From Mobula hypostoma (taxonomy: Eukaryota): DNA of 64,000 nt. Shown here in pieces: positions 12,749 through 25,300 of the stretch. The stretch spans positions 103,790,001 through 103,854,000 of the forward strand of contig NC_086108.1 of the NCBI RefSeq assembly GCF_963921235.1. Direction: 5' to 3'. Under the pieces are notes generated by a model that saw nothing but the letters and a program-made list of their open reading frames with translations, did no database searches and was not told the DNA's origin. The position numbers were made by a program, and so were the translations under genes. Position 1 is the first letter of the stretch. Each line of letters starts with the position of its first letter.

Positions 12749-13786
12749 GCGCCTCTTCCTATATATGCTGCTTGGCCTGCTGCGTTCACCAGCAACTTTG
12801 ATGTATGTTGCTTGAATTTCCAGCATCTGCAGAATTCCTGTTGTTTCTGTTTTCTCTGTGTTTATTTGCATTTACACAGCAGGTCTTCTTTTACCTATTG
12901 GTTGCTTGTCAGACTTCATGGTTTTTAATTGATTCTATTGTATTTCTTTGTAATACTGTGAATGCCTGCAAGAAAATGAATCTCAGGGTAGTATACGGTG
13001 ACATACACATACTTTTGATAATAAATTTACTTTGGAGTTTGATCAAATTGTCGTGATTAGAGTTGTTCAGGTTGGTTCAAGAACCATTTGGTGAACGGTT
13101 TGTATTCTAGAGAAGAGGACAATCTGAACACAATCACCTTGTCTGGTATCCTGTGGGATGAATTTCCGATATCAGAATCAGGTTTAATGTCACCGGCGTT
13201 TGTTGTGAAATTTGGTAACTTAGTGGAGCAGTACAATGGAATACATAATGAACATAGAAAAAAAATACATATGAATTACAGTAAGTATATGTGTTTATTA
13301 AATACCTAAATTGAAAATGATGCAAAAACAGAAATAATTTTTTAAAAAGTGAGATAATGTTCATGCGTTCAATATCCATTTAGGAACTGGATGGCAGAGG
13401 GGGAGAAACTGTTCCTGAGTCACTGAGTGTGTGTGTTCAGGCTTCTGTGCCTCCTTCCTGATGGTAACAATGAGAAAAGGGCATGTCCTGGGTAATGGGG
13501 GTCCTTAATAAAGGACGTCACCTTTCTGAGGCACCTCTCCTTGAAGATGTCTTGGATATTACGGAGGCTAGTATCCAAGATGGAACTGATAATTTTACAA
13601 CTTCTGTGGCTTCTTTTGATCTTATGCAGTAACGCCACCCTTGCCCCACACCAGATGGCGATTCAGCTAGTCAGAATGCTCTCCATCTGTAGAAATATTT
13701 TGAGTATTTTAGGTGACAAACTAAATCTCCTCAAATTCTTGAAATATAGTCACTGTCTTGCATTCTTTATAGCTGTATGGATATGT

Positions 13787-14196
13787 CTTCCCCGTGGATT
13801 GTCACCTTGTCGTGGTGCAGAAGCTTGTGTGGTCCTGTGATCCCAAGAGCAATTCCATCTGGAGCTATGCTCCTGGTAGGGTCACCCATGGCAGTAAGGT
13901 CAAGGGTGAGGTCCCTGACAAAGAACAATCCAACTAAGACCTTAACGGTGGAACAGGCGGACAAAGTTACTTCGAACTCAAAGGTGGATGAAGGCTGCAA
14001 CAAATCCATCAGCTCCAATCGTCGTGGTTTCCATGCTATTGGAATCAGTTGGTTGATTTGTGAAGTATCGTGTGCTTCTTGGAGTGCAACATCAAGTACA
14101 CGTTAAACAAATACACGCACAGGCGTCTTCGCTCTGTGGGCCACTTCTTCAGAACGAAGACCATCATCCTTGACCTCGAGGGATAGCCACGACGAC
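13787..14196 (+). mobile_element. Short non-autonomous RTE-type element (5' end resembling RTE/BovB 5' UTR; (GAC)n tail)
   Basis: 7-bp TSD GATATGT at 13780-13786 and 14197-14203; related fragment at ~25765-25990. Confidence 0.65.
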
Positions 14197-14296
14197 GATA
14201 TGTTGCGACCTGGTTAGATCCTCAGAGATATTGACACCCAGACAGTTGAAATTGCTCACTCCCTCCACTTCTGATCCCTCTATGAGGATTGGTGTG

Positions 14297-15370
14297 CGTC
14301 TCCGTCTCCGAGCCTACTTCTTCGGCAAGGACTCTTCCACCCCCACCGATGACCCCTTCTCCCGTCTTCAACCCTCCTCCTCTTCATGGACACCCCGCTC
14401 TGGTCTTCTGCCTGCTCTGGATCTCCTTATTACTAACCGCTGACGGGACATCAACCGTCTCGACTTCACCACACCTTGTTCCCATCCCAACCTCACTCCT
14501 TCCGAACACTCTGCTCTCCACTCCCTCCGCACTAATCCTAACCTTACTATTAAACCCGCTGATAAGAGAGGTGCTGTTGTAGTCTGGCGTACTGACCTCT
14601 ACCTTGCTGAGGCATAGCGACAACTCACAGATACCTCCTCTTATTTACCCCTCAATTGTGACCCCACTAAGGAGCACCAGGCCATTGTCTCCCACACCAT
14701 CACCGACTTTATCTGGTCAGGGGATCTCCCATCCACTGCTACCAACCTTATAGTTCCCACACCTCGCACTTCCCATTTCTACCTCCTACCCAAGATCCAC
14801 AAACCTGCCTGTCCTGGCAGACCTATTGTCTCAGCTTGCTCCTGCCCCACCGAACTCGTTTCTGCATACCTCGACACGGTTTTATCCCCCCTTGTTCAAT
14901 CCCTTCCTACCTATGTTCGTGACACTTCTCACACTCTTAAACTTTTCAATGGTTTTAAGTTCCCTGGCCCCCACTGCTTTATTTTCACCATGGATGTCCA
15001 GTCCCTATATACTTCCATTCCCCATCAGGAAGGTCTCAAAGCTCTCCGCTTCTTTTTGGATTCCAGACCTAATCAGTTCCCTTCTACCACCACTCTGCTC
15101 CGTCTAGCGGAATTAGTTCTTACTCTTAATAATTTCTCCTTTGGCTCCTCCCACTTCCTCCAAACTGAAGGTGTAACTATGGGCACCCACATGGGTCTGA
15201 GCTATGCCTGCCTTTTGTTGGCTTTGTGGAACAATCTATGTTCCGAACCTACTCTGGTATCTGTCCCCCACTTTTCCTTCGCTACATCGACGACTGCTTT
15301 GGTGCTGCTTCCTGCACGCATGCTGAGCTCGTTGACTTCACTAACTTTGCCTCCAACTTTCACCCTGCCC
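14297..15370 (+). pseudogene. Penelope-like reverse transcriptase fragment (stops and frameshifts)
   Basis: RLRLRAYFF, IKPADK, FYLLPKIHKP..PGRPIVS, MDVQSLYTSIPH, GVTMGTHMG.SYA, LRYIDDCF: PLE RT motifs. Confidence 0.88.
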
Positions 15371-15468
15371 AAACAACAGGAATTCTGCAGATGCTGGAAA
15401 TTCAAGCAACACACATCAAAGTTGCTGGTGAACACAGCAGGCCAGGCAGCATCTCTAGGAAGAGGTAC

Positions 15469-15504
15469 AGTCAACGTTTCAGGCCGAGCCGCTTCGTCAG
15501 GACT
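15469..15504 (-). ncRNA. Hammerhead motif variant (GUU triplet, altered stem II)
   Basis: Reverse complement AGTC CTGACGA AGCGGCTCGGCCT GAAA C GTT GACT. Confidence 0.7.
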
Positions 15505-16485
15505 AACTGAAGGAAGAGCTAGTAAAAGATTTGAAAATGGGAGGGGGAGATCCAAAATGATAGGAGAAGACAGGAGGGAGAGGGATGGAGCCAAGAGCTG
15601 GACAGGTGATTGGCAAAGGGGATATGAGAGGATCATGGGACAGGAGGTCCGGGGAGAAAGACAAGGCGGGGGGGCGGGAACCAGAGGATGGGCAAGGGGT
15701 ATAGTCAGAGGGAGAAAAAGGAGAGTGAGAGAAGGAATGTGTGTATAAAAATAAATAACGGATGGGGTATGAGGGGGAGGTGGGGCATTAGCGGAAGTTA
15801 GAGAAGTCGATGTTCGTGCTATCAGGTTGGAGGCTACCCAGACGGAATATAAGGTGTTGTTCCTCCAACCTGAGTGTGGCTTCATCTTTACAGTAAAGGA
15901 GGCCGTGGATGGACATATCAGAATGGGAATGGGATGTGAAATTAAAATGTGTGGCCACTGGGAGATCCTGCTTTCTCTGCTTTCTTTATCCGCCAGAGAA
16001 AACAGGATCTCCCAGTGGCCACACATTTTAATTTCACATCCCATTCCCATTCTGATATGTCCATCCACAGCCTCCTCTACTGTAAAGATGAAGCCACACT
16101 CAGGTTGGAGGAACAACACCTTATATTCCGTCTGGGTAGCCTCCAATCTGATGGCACGAGCATCGACTTCTCTGACTTCCGCTAATGCCCCACCTCCCCC
16201 TCGTACCCCATCCGTTATTTATTTTTATACACACATTCTTTCTCTCACTCTCCTTTTTCTCCCTCTGTCCCTCTGACTATACCCCTTGCCCATCCTCTGG
16301 GTTTTTCCCCCCCTCCCCCTTTTCCTCCTCCCTGGGCCTCCTGTCCCATGATCCTCTCATATCCCCTTTGCGAATCACCTGTCCAGCTCTTGGCTCCATC
16401 CCTCCCCCTCCTGTCTTCTCCTATCATTTCGGATCTCCCCCTCCCCCTCCCACTTTCAAATCTCTTACTAGCTCTTCCTTCAGTT

Positions 16486-16521
16486 AGTCCTGACGAAGGG
16501 TCTCAGCCTGAAACGTGGACT
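16486..16521 (+). ncRNA. Hammerhead motif, probably inactive (GUG triplet)
   Basis: AGTC CTGACGA AGGGTCTCAGCCT GAAA C GTG GACT; violates the NUH rule. Confidence 0.65.
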
Positions 16522-17298
16522 GTACCTCTTCCTAGAGATGCTGCCTGGCCTGCTGAGTTCACCAGCAACTTTGATGTGTGTTGTGGTGTGTGTATGTTCC
16601 TTCACCTTTCCCTGCCAGAAATCCACAATCAGCTCTTTTTGTATTACTGACGTTGAGTGCAAGGTTGTTGCTGGGACACCACTCAACCGGCTGGTATATC
16701 TCGCTTCTGTGTGCCCTGTAGGTAATCCAGCTTCGAGATTTTCCATGGGAATTATTGGGAATTATTTGAACTGCCATGGTAGCACAGGTTCCTGGCGTAG
16801 CACCCAGAAGGAGAAATTGTGTTTCCACAGCTCTAAAATCAAGTATCTATGAGGTTAGAAGAGTGATGGGAGGATGTTGGATTTTATTGAAGCCGTTCAA
16901 ATATTGAACAGCGTAAGCCCTAGACAGACTGGACGTGGAGAGGGTGTTTTCTATGGTGGGGGAGTCTAGAACCAGAGGGCACAGCCTCAGAATAGAGGGA
17001 CGTCCATTTGGAATAGAGATGAAGAGGAATTTCTTTAGCCAGTGTGTGGTGAATCAGTGGAATTCATTGTCATAGACAGTTGTGGAATCCAAGTCACTGA
17101 GTATATTTAAAGCGGAGGTTGATAGGTTCATGGTTATGGGGAGAAGGAAGGAGAATGGGGGAGATGAAGATAAAAATCAGCCATCATGGAATGGCCTAAT
17201 TCTGCTTCTACGTCTCATGATCTTATTGTCTGTCTCCATGGAGAGTAAATGTGCCACTTTTATACACTGACTCATTCGAAATGCATTTTTCTCAACAG

Positions 17299-17433
17299 GT
17301 GAAGTACATGAATTTCTATGACGTCGTTTTGGACTTCATCCTGATGGATTCTTTTGAGGATCTGGAGAACCCCCCTTCATCGATACAGAACATTGTCAAC
17401 AATCGGTGGCTAAATAATTCCTTCAAGGAAACT
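17299..17433 (+). CDS. miga1: Mitoguardin-1 coding exon
   Basis: caacag|GTGAAG...GAAACT|gtaagc; 135 nt; VKYMNFYDVVLDFILMDSFEDLENPPSSIQNIVNNRWLNNSFKET, the conserved Miga motif. Confidence 0.97.
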
Positions 17434-18570
17434 GTAAGCGGGAAATAGTAAATGTTTTTAGAGCTGTTCTGTGTTGCTCAAGATTCAAGATTGTTTAATG
17501 TCATTTCCATTAGATAAGTGTAAAAGAGAGTGAAATAATTGTTTCTCTGGATCTAGTGCAGCACAAAAAAACCACAATATAAAGAACAAACAAAACACAA
17601 TAAATATAAATACATAGATTGATTGTATGTCCATAGAGTGATGCAAGGCACAGGAGTGTCTGTATGTAACGTGATTGACAGGAAGTGATAAAGTAGTGTG
17701 GTTGGGCGTGTGGAGGGGTGGCTTAGTGGGGGGGAAATGTTGATCAGCCTTACTGCTTGGGGAAAGTAACAGCACAGGGAGGTTACCATAATCTGCTTCA
17801 GTGATGTTTACAGAGGGATGGGCAATCACTTGACCCATCGAGTCCACACCAGCCCTTTGGCAGCAATCTAATTTGTGGGATCTTGGGGGAGAGGAGTGGG
17901 ACAAGTTTATTTCGAGATACATCCCCTTCTGGCAGGACGAGCGGTACCGCCCAGCAACCCACTGATTTAACCCTCGCCTAATCACAGGATTATTTACAAT
18001 GACCTACCAACTGGACTGTGAGGGGAAATCCACACACTAATGGGAAGAACACAAATGCTTTCTCACAGAGGATGCTGGAATTGAACTTGAACTGCAACGC
18101 TCTAAGCTGTAAAAGCGTCACGCTGACTGCTGCTCCACAGCGGCACGTTAAAGTTCTTCCAGATAGTTTTCTTGCTTCCTTCTGAATGCTTCAACAGTCT
18201 GTCTTCAATGCTACCATGGTTGAAGACTCCAGGCTCTCAGTCTTTGGTTCCCCTTGCCACTTCTGGCTTTTTTTTTAACAAACATGAGATTCTGCAGATG
18301 TTGGAAATCAGAGCAACACAGACAAAATGCTGAAAGAACACAGCATGTTAGACAGCATATGTGGAAATGAATAAAGAGCCGATATTTCCAGTTCTGGCGA
18401 GGAAGTGGGGTGTGTGGGGGGCGGGGAGAAACCAGTGTAAGAAGTTGAGGGAGGGGAATGAGTACAAGATGACAGGTGATAGGTGGAATCAAATACGGAG
18501 AAGGGATGGATGGGTGGAGGAAACTGAATGAAGAAAGGGTAAAGGGCTGAAGAGGGAATCTGATAGGAGA

Positions 18571-20082
18571 TGAATCAGAATCAGGTTTATTATCACCGGC
18601 ATGTGTCATGAAATTTGTTAACTTAGCAGCAGCAGTTCAATGCAATACATAATGTACAAGAATAAATAAATAAGTAGATCAATTACAGTATATGCATATT
18701 GGAGATTAAAAATAGTTCAAAAACAGAAATAATATATATTGAAAAAGTGAGGTTGTGTTCATGACTTCAATGTCCATTTAGGAATCAGATGGCAGAGGGG
18801 AAGAAGCTGTTCCTGAATCGCTGAGTGTGTGCCTTCAGGCTTCTGTACCTCCTACCCGATGGTAATAGTGAGAAAAGGACCTGCCCTGGGTGCTGGAGGT
18901 CCTTAATAATGGATGCTGCCTTTCTGAGACACCGCTCCTTGAAGATGTCCTGGGTACTTTGTAGGCTAGAACCCAAGATGGAGCTGACTAGATTTACAAC
19001 CTTCTGCAGCTTCTTTCTATCCTGTGTAGTAGCATTCTCCCCCACCCACCCCCATACCAGACAGTGATGCAGCCTGTCAGAATGCTCTCCATGGTACATC
19101 TATAGAAGTTTTTGAGTGTTTTTGTTGACAGACCAAATCTCTTCAAACTCCTAATGAAGTATAGTCGCTGTCTTGCCTTCTTTATAACTATATCGATATG
19201 TTGAGACCAGGTTAGGTCCTCAGAGATCTTGAAACTCAGGAACTTGCAATTGCTCACTCTCTCCACTTCTGATCCCTCTTTGAGGATTGGTATGTGTTCC
19301 TTTGTCTCACCCTTCCTGAAGTCCACAATCAGCTCTTTCGTCTTACTGACGTTGAGTGCCAGGTTGTTGCTGCGACGCCAGTTCACTAATTGGCATATCT
19401 CACTCCTGTACGCCCTCTCGTCCCCACCTGAGATTCTACCAACAATGGTTGTATCACCAGCAAATTTATCGACGGTATTTGAGCTACGCCTAGCCACACA
19501 GTCATGTGTATACAGAGAGTAGAGCAGTGGGTTAAGCACACACCCCTGAGGCGCACCAGTGTTGATTGTCAACGAGGAGGATATGTTATCACCAATCCAC
19601 ACAGATTGTGGTCTTCTGGTTAGGAAGTCGAAGATCCAATTGCAGAGGGAGGTACAGAGGCCAGGTTCTGTAACTTCTCAATCAGGATTTTGGGAACGAT
19701 GGTGTTAAATACTGAGCAATAGTTAATGAACAGCATCCTGACATAGGTGTTTGTGTTGTCCAGGTGGTCTAAGGCCGAGTGAAGAGTCATTGAGATTGCG
19801 TCTGCCGTTCAGTCTAGTCATGACTAACCTCTCAAAGCATTTCATCACTGTAGATGTGAGTACTACTGGGCGATAGTCAATAAGGCAGCTCACATTATTC
19901 TTCTAAGGCACTGGTATAATTGTTGCCTTTTTGAAGCAAGTGGGAACTTCTATCCGTAGCAGTGAGAGGTTGAAAATGTTCTTGAATATTCCCACCAGTT
20001 GGTTGGCACAAGCTTTCAGAACCTTATCATCGGGACCTTCCACCTTGCAAGGGTTCACCCTCTTTAAAGACAGCCTAACATC
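18571..20082 (-). mobile_element. Rex1/Babar-clade LINE fragment, inserted into a PLE-derived repeat (18278-18570 and 20083-20318)
   Basis: [21 protein letters not shown]...[10 protein letters not shown]...[19 protein letters not shown]...[15 protein letters not shown]; (GATTCT)n-type tail. Confidence 0.85.
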
Positions 20083-21050
20083 AGGAGAATGGACCATGGG
20101 AGGAAGGGCACCAGAGGGTAGTGATAGGCAGGTAAGGAGAAGAGAAAGAGGTAAGAGGGGAGCCAGACTAGGGATTGGGAAGTTAGGGGAGGAGTGGAAG
20201 AGAAATTACCAGATGAAATAGATGTTCATGCCATGAGGTCGGAGGCTACCCAGACGGAATATGAGGTGTCACACCTCCATTGTGGTAGTAGAGGAAGCCA
20301 TGACCGACATGTCAGAATTTTCTGTCACCTGATTATTGAACCTCTAATGGGGCCAATCTACTCTGCCTATGCCCTTCATAGTCTCAAATCCCTTCCTCGC
20401 AGCCTCCTCTGTTCCAGTAACATAACTAAAGACTCTTGTCACTTTATTTCTTTTAGTAAATCCCTTCTGTATGTCTTCACATTTTTCCTAAATTAGGATC
20501 CAGGACTGGACCCAGTTTATAGAGTGGTTAAAAAGGCATATGGTGTGTTAGCCTTCATCAGTTGGTGAAACAAGTTCAAGAGCCGTGAGGTAATGTTGCA
20601 GCTCAGTAAAACTCTGGTTAGACCCACACTTGCAGTATTTATGTCCAGTTCTCATCACCTCATTATAGGAAGGAATCGGAAGCTGTAGAGTGGGTGCAGA
20701 GGAGATTTACCAGGATGAGGCCTGGATCAGAGAGCATGTCTTCTGCAGGTGAGTTAAGCAAGATAGGGCTATTGTCTTTCGAGCAAAGGAGGGTGAGAGT
20801 GCTTGATAGAGGTGTACAAGATGATAACAGGCGTCGATCAAGTAGATGGTTGGAGACTTTTTCCCAATGCAGAAATGACCATCAGCAAGGAACATAATTT
20901 TCAGGTGATCAGAGAAAAGTAATGGAGGGATGTCAGTGGTAGTTTTTTTTTTACACAGAGTTGTGGGTGCCTGGGGTGGTGGTAGAGACAGGTACATTAG
21001 TGGCATTTAAGAAACACCTGGATGAGAGAAAATAGCGGGCTATGTAGGAG

Positions 21051-21243
21051 CGCAAACACAAGGAATTCTGCAGATGCTGGAAATTCAAGCAACACACATC
21101 AAAGTTGCTGGTGAACGCAGCAGGCCAGGCAGCATCTCTGGGAAGAGGTACAGTCGATGTTTCAGGCCGAGACCCTTCGTCAGGACTAACTGAAGGAAGA
21201 GCTAGTAAGAGATTTGAAAGGTTAAGAGATTTCTAATTTCGTT
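21051..21243 (-). mobile_element. 193-bp miniature PLE derivative (hammerhead region plus 3' tail)
   Basis: 14-bp TSD GGGCTATGTAGGAG at 21037-21050 and 21244-21257, inside a CR1 3' end. Confidence 0.85.
21152..21187 (-). ncRNA. Hammerhead motif (stem III altered, consistent with CpG decay)
   Basis: Reverse complement AGTC CTGACGA AGGGTCTCGGCCT GAAA C ATC GACT. Confidence 0.7.
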
Positions 21244-21268
21244 GGGCTATGTAGGAGGGAAGGTAGCA

Positions 21269-21470
21269 CAGGGGTCCCCAACGTTTTGCGCACTGCGGAC
21301 CGGTTTAATATTGACTGTATTCTTGTGGACCGGCCGACAGGGCGGGGGGAGGGGTGTGGGGGTGGAAGTGCGGCTGACTCATATCGCCAAATCATATCGT
21401 TTCCTCGCAGCCCGGTAGCACATCTTTGCGGCCCGGTACCAGTCCGCAGCCTGGTGGTTGGAGACCACTG
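21269..21470. mobile_element. hAT-Charlie MITE, same family
   Basis: CAGGGGTCCCCAAC...GTTGGAGACCACTG; shared subterminal sequence; TSD eroded. Confidence 0.8.
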
Positions 21471-22086
21471 TTGTAGTAGGTTAAGTGTTTGGCACAACAC
21501 AGTGGGCCGAATGGCTTGTACTGTGTTCCATATTCTATCTTTTTCCGTTGTACCAAGCCAGTGTTTTATAAAGGATTATCTTGACTTCCTTGCTCTTGTT
21601 CTCTGTACCTCGGTGTCTCAAGTCCTGGATCTTGTATGTTTTTTTTGAAACCAGGTTTTCAGTCATGCCTGCCATTTTCAATGAAATGTGCACGTGGATC
21701 AGAAGAACTCTCTGGTGCCCTCCAGTTTATATTGGCACTTCCACCAAAGGAATGTTGCTTGGCAATTAAATTTTGGCCAAAAATAATGACTTGTGAAGTG
21801 TGGTTAGCTGTCCCAAAGTAATTTCAATCAAGCAAACTTTAACACTGAGACAAATGGTGTTAGGCAGTCCAACCAAAACTTGGCCAAAGGTAGAATTTAG
21901 AGAGTGCTTGAAAGGAGGAGAAAGGAGAGGGAAGAAGTTTCTGCGGGGGGGGAGTGGAATTTAGCAGTGTTAGATCTATCAAAAGCCACAGTATTGTGAT
22001 TGTGGGATGTTATGTGGGTGTGAGTTGTATGGACTGTGTTGTGCACAGCGGTCTGGATGTATGTTTTGTTTGGTGATATACATGCA

Positions 22087-22351
22087 CGTGGCCAAGTGGT
22101 TAAGGCGTTCGTCTAGTGATCTGAAGGTCACTAGTTCGAGCCTTGGCCGAGGCAGCATGTTGTGTCTGCGACGACACCAGTGCTAAGCTGTATGGGTCCT
22201 AATGCCCTTCCCTTGGACATCGCTGGTGGCATGGAGAGGGGAGACTTGCAGCATGGGCAACTGCCGGTCTTCCATACAACCTTGCCCAGCCCTGCGCCCT
22301 GGAAAACTTCCAAGGCACAAATCCATGGTCTCAAGAGACTAACAGATGACT
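22087..22351 (+). mobile_element. tRNA-derived SINE of a different family
   Basis: A box TGGCCAAGTGG, B-box-like AGTTCGAGCC; flanking TACATGCA duplication. Confidence 0.65.
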
Positions 22352-25300
22352 ATGTACATGCATACGGTTGAATGGCAATGAACTGAACATGAACTTCTAT
22401 TTTACTCTGGTAGTTAAGAGATGTGACATGCTAAAGCAAACTTCTAGAGATTACACTAAAGATTAGCTTTATTTGTCTCAAGTACATTGAAACGCACAAT
22501 GAAACGTGTCAACAGCAAACTCTGTGAGGTTGTGCTAAGGGCAGCTTGCAAGTGTTGCCATGCTTCTGATGCCAGTGTAGCATGCCCACAACTTACCAAC
22601 CACATCTCAGATATGGGCTCCAAGTTGTGCACAATACTCTAAATGTGGTCTGATGTACACGTTATAAAGCCTCAGCAGAATATTTCAGTTCTCTCAAATA
22701 GAATGTAAACATTGCATTTGCTGCTTTTACACTGACTCAACCTTCAGGGAATCCTGCGCTAGGTTGCCCAAGTCCCTTTGCACCTCTGATTTCTGAATTC
22801 ACTCCCTGTTCAGAGAATACCTACCAAAATCTGGGTTTTACATTTTTGGGTTTACCCGTTCATTTGCACGGTTCCGTTCTTAGATCCTTAAAATGTTTCA
22901 ATTAACCGGGTATTTTTATAGAACGGAGAACATTACAGCGTAGTATAGGTCCTTCAGCCCACAATATTCTGCCAGCCTTTTAGCCTATTCCAAGATCATT
23001 CTTAATCTAACTCTTCCCTCCTGCATAACCTTTCATTTTTCTATCATCCATGTGTCCATCTAAGACTCTCTCAAATCTCCCTAATTTCTCTGCCACTACA
23101 GCCACCCCTGGCAGGGTGTTCCATGCACCCACCACTCTGTGTTTCTAAAATAAAAACTACCTCTGACTTTCCTCTGTACTTACCTCCATTCACCTGAAAA
23201 ATATGCCCCCTGGTACTAGCCATTTTTACCTTGGGCAGAAACAAAGTGCTGGGCACCCACTCTATCTGTGCCTCTTGTCAATTTATACACCACTATCAAG
23301 GGACCTCTCATTCTCCTTCACTCCAAAGAGAAAAGCACAAGTTCACCCAATCTCGTTTTAACCATTGCGGCCCTGGAATAAAAGTCTCTGGTTGCCCACT
23401 CTATCTATGCCTCTTATCATCTTATACGCCTCTATCAAGTCTTGTATGTCCTCCTTTGCTCCAAAGACAAAAGCCCTAGCAAGGCGTGGTCTCTGGTCCA
23501 GACAGCATCTGGGTAAATCTCCTCTGCACCCTCTCTAAACCTCTACATCTCTCCTGTAATGAGGTGACCAGAACTGAACGCATTACTCCCAAGTTATCTC
23601 GAGAGGAGTGCCATTACACAGCGGCATAAATGGATTTTCCTTCAACAGGGAGCAGCTGAGGTGAAAAGCAAAATAGTGTTTTAGGGGAAGCTGTTTAAAC
23701 AGATGATGGTACAGGGAATGCCAGGTTATGTTCTTAGGGTTGAAATGTAGTTGGATGGGAGGAGCATTGGTCAGGCCACAAATGCCGTCATGCACCAGTT
23801 GGCCCTAATGCCTTGTTGTACTTTGGAATGTAATTATTGCAATCCTGCTTCTGCTGGTCATCATTTGAGGTGTCTATCAGGGCTCCCATTATTGACTGTG
23901 GGTTATTCCCTTATATGGACTGAAGTGCTTTCCCACATCCTAACCATGTAAAGTATGCCAGTTAGAAAAAAATTACTTTCATTAGAACCAGCTCACATAC
24001 CTCAGTTGCATGGTTTTGGTTAAAGTAATCTGAAGTATTTTGAGACATATTGCTGAGGATTTGGCAATGGATTTGCTTTTATTGGCCTCTGTTTCAGTTT
24101 TGTGTCTGGAAAAAGAAGTGTTCACTTACTGCAGTATACGGCCTCCCGAGGAGAGCTCTGGTCTGTAAGCAAGGTATTGAAATCACAAAGCAAAAAGATA
24201 CCTGAAGGGACACATGCATCCAATGGTGTAATTATAACAGATTTATGGCTCAAATAATTTTTGATGTAGAGATACAGGGCTGAACAAGTCCTTCTGACCC
24301 ACCAAGCTCTGTTGCCCAGCAACCCACTGATTTAACCCTAGCCTAATCGTAGGACAGTTTACAATGAACAATTAACTTACTAACTGGTACTTCTTTGGAC
24401 TATGGGAGGAACTCGGAGCACCCCGAGGAAACCCACGTGCTCACGGGAATCATGTACAAACTTTCTGTAAGAGGATGCTGGAATTGAACCCAAAACTCGA
24501 CCCCCCCCCCGCCCCCGCCCGTGCTGTAATAGCATTGTGCTAACCACAACATTACCATGGTGCCCTAATTGATGGCATGGTAGCACACACTTATCCAGGG
24601 AGTAATCTGCAAACTCCACACAGACAGCTCCCAAGGTTGGGATCGAACGTGCCCATTTGCTCTGAACGCCGAGTGTTTGATGTCTGAGTGATTTTAAGTG
24701 TGGCACAGTAACATGGCAGTTAGTGTAATGCTTTACAGTGCCAGTGATCAAATCCCACCACTATCTCCAAGGAGTTTCTCCACTCTCCCCTTGACCGCAT
24801 GGGTTTCTTCTGGGTCCTCTGGTTTCTTCCCATAGTCCAGAGCTGTGTAGGTTAGTTGGGGTTTGTAAGCTGTGGGCTCTGGTAGCCTGGTGACACTCGC
24901 AGGCTGCCCCATCACACCCTTGGACTATATTGGTCGTTGAGGCAAAAAGGACGCGTTTCTCTGTACTTGTTGATGTTCCAACGTACATGTGGCAAATAAA
25001 TCTAACCTGTCTTTAAATCTTGATTGCCTCCAGTTCAGGGACTAAGGAAGATCTCAGCCGGACACTAATGTTAGCACTGGTCGTCACGTGAGCAGATTTA
25101 ACAAAATAACACCTAATAAATCTGACTGGAGCCAGAATTAAAATAAGGCAATAAGACATGGGAGCAAATTAGACCATTTGGGTCACCGATTCTGCTCTGC
25201 CTGATTTATTATCTCTTTCAACCCCGTTCCCCTTCCTTCTTCCCAAAACATTTGACACTTTTGACTAATCAAGAACTTATCAACCTCCTGTTTAAATATA

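Larger units (their letters stand above)
10464..12844. mobile_element. Fold-back (palindromic) Penelope-like element insertion
   Basis: Arm 10464-11576 is the reverse complement of 11579-12809 apart from a 120-nt deletion and scattered substitutions; 2-nt spacer; 35-nt unpaired 3' tail; 15-bp TSD TTCTGTTTTCTCTGT at 10449-10463 and 12845-12859. Confidence 0.92.
14297..16583. mobile_element. Composite Penelope-like insertion: RT fragment (+) followed by a 3'-end hairpin (- arm 15371-15979, + arm ~15989-16583)
   Basis: Interrupts a Rex1 LINE that resumes after it; 7-bp direct repeat TGGTGTG at 14290-14296 and 16584-16590. Confidence 0.8.
13165..16745 (-). mobile_element. Rex1/Babar LINE split by two later insertions (RTE-type SINE and PLE composite)
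   Basis: Segments 13165-13786, 14204-14296 and 16591-16745 are collinear with 18571-19440. Confidence 0.75.

Noticed and set aside
18565..20088. AGGAGA as TSD of the Rex1 insertion
   Set aside because: The host repeat natively contains AGGAGAGGAGA (see ~35333-35343), so the duplication is uninformative
22087..22160. tRNA gene
   Set aside because: A/B boxes present, but I could not form a convincing acceptor stem, and it continues into a SINE body
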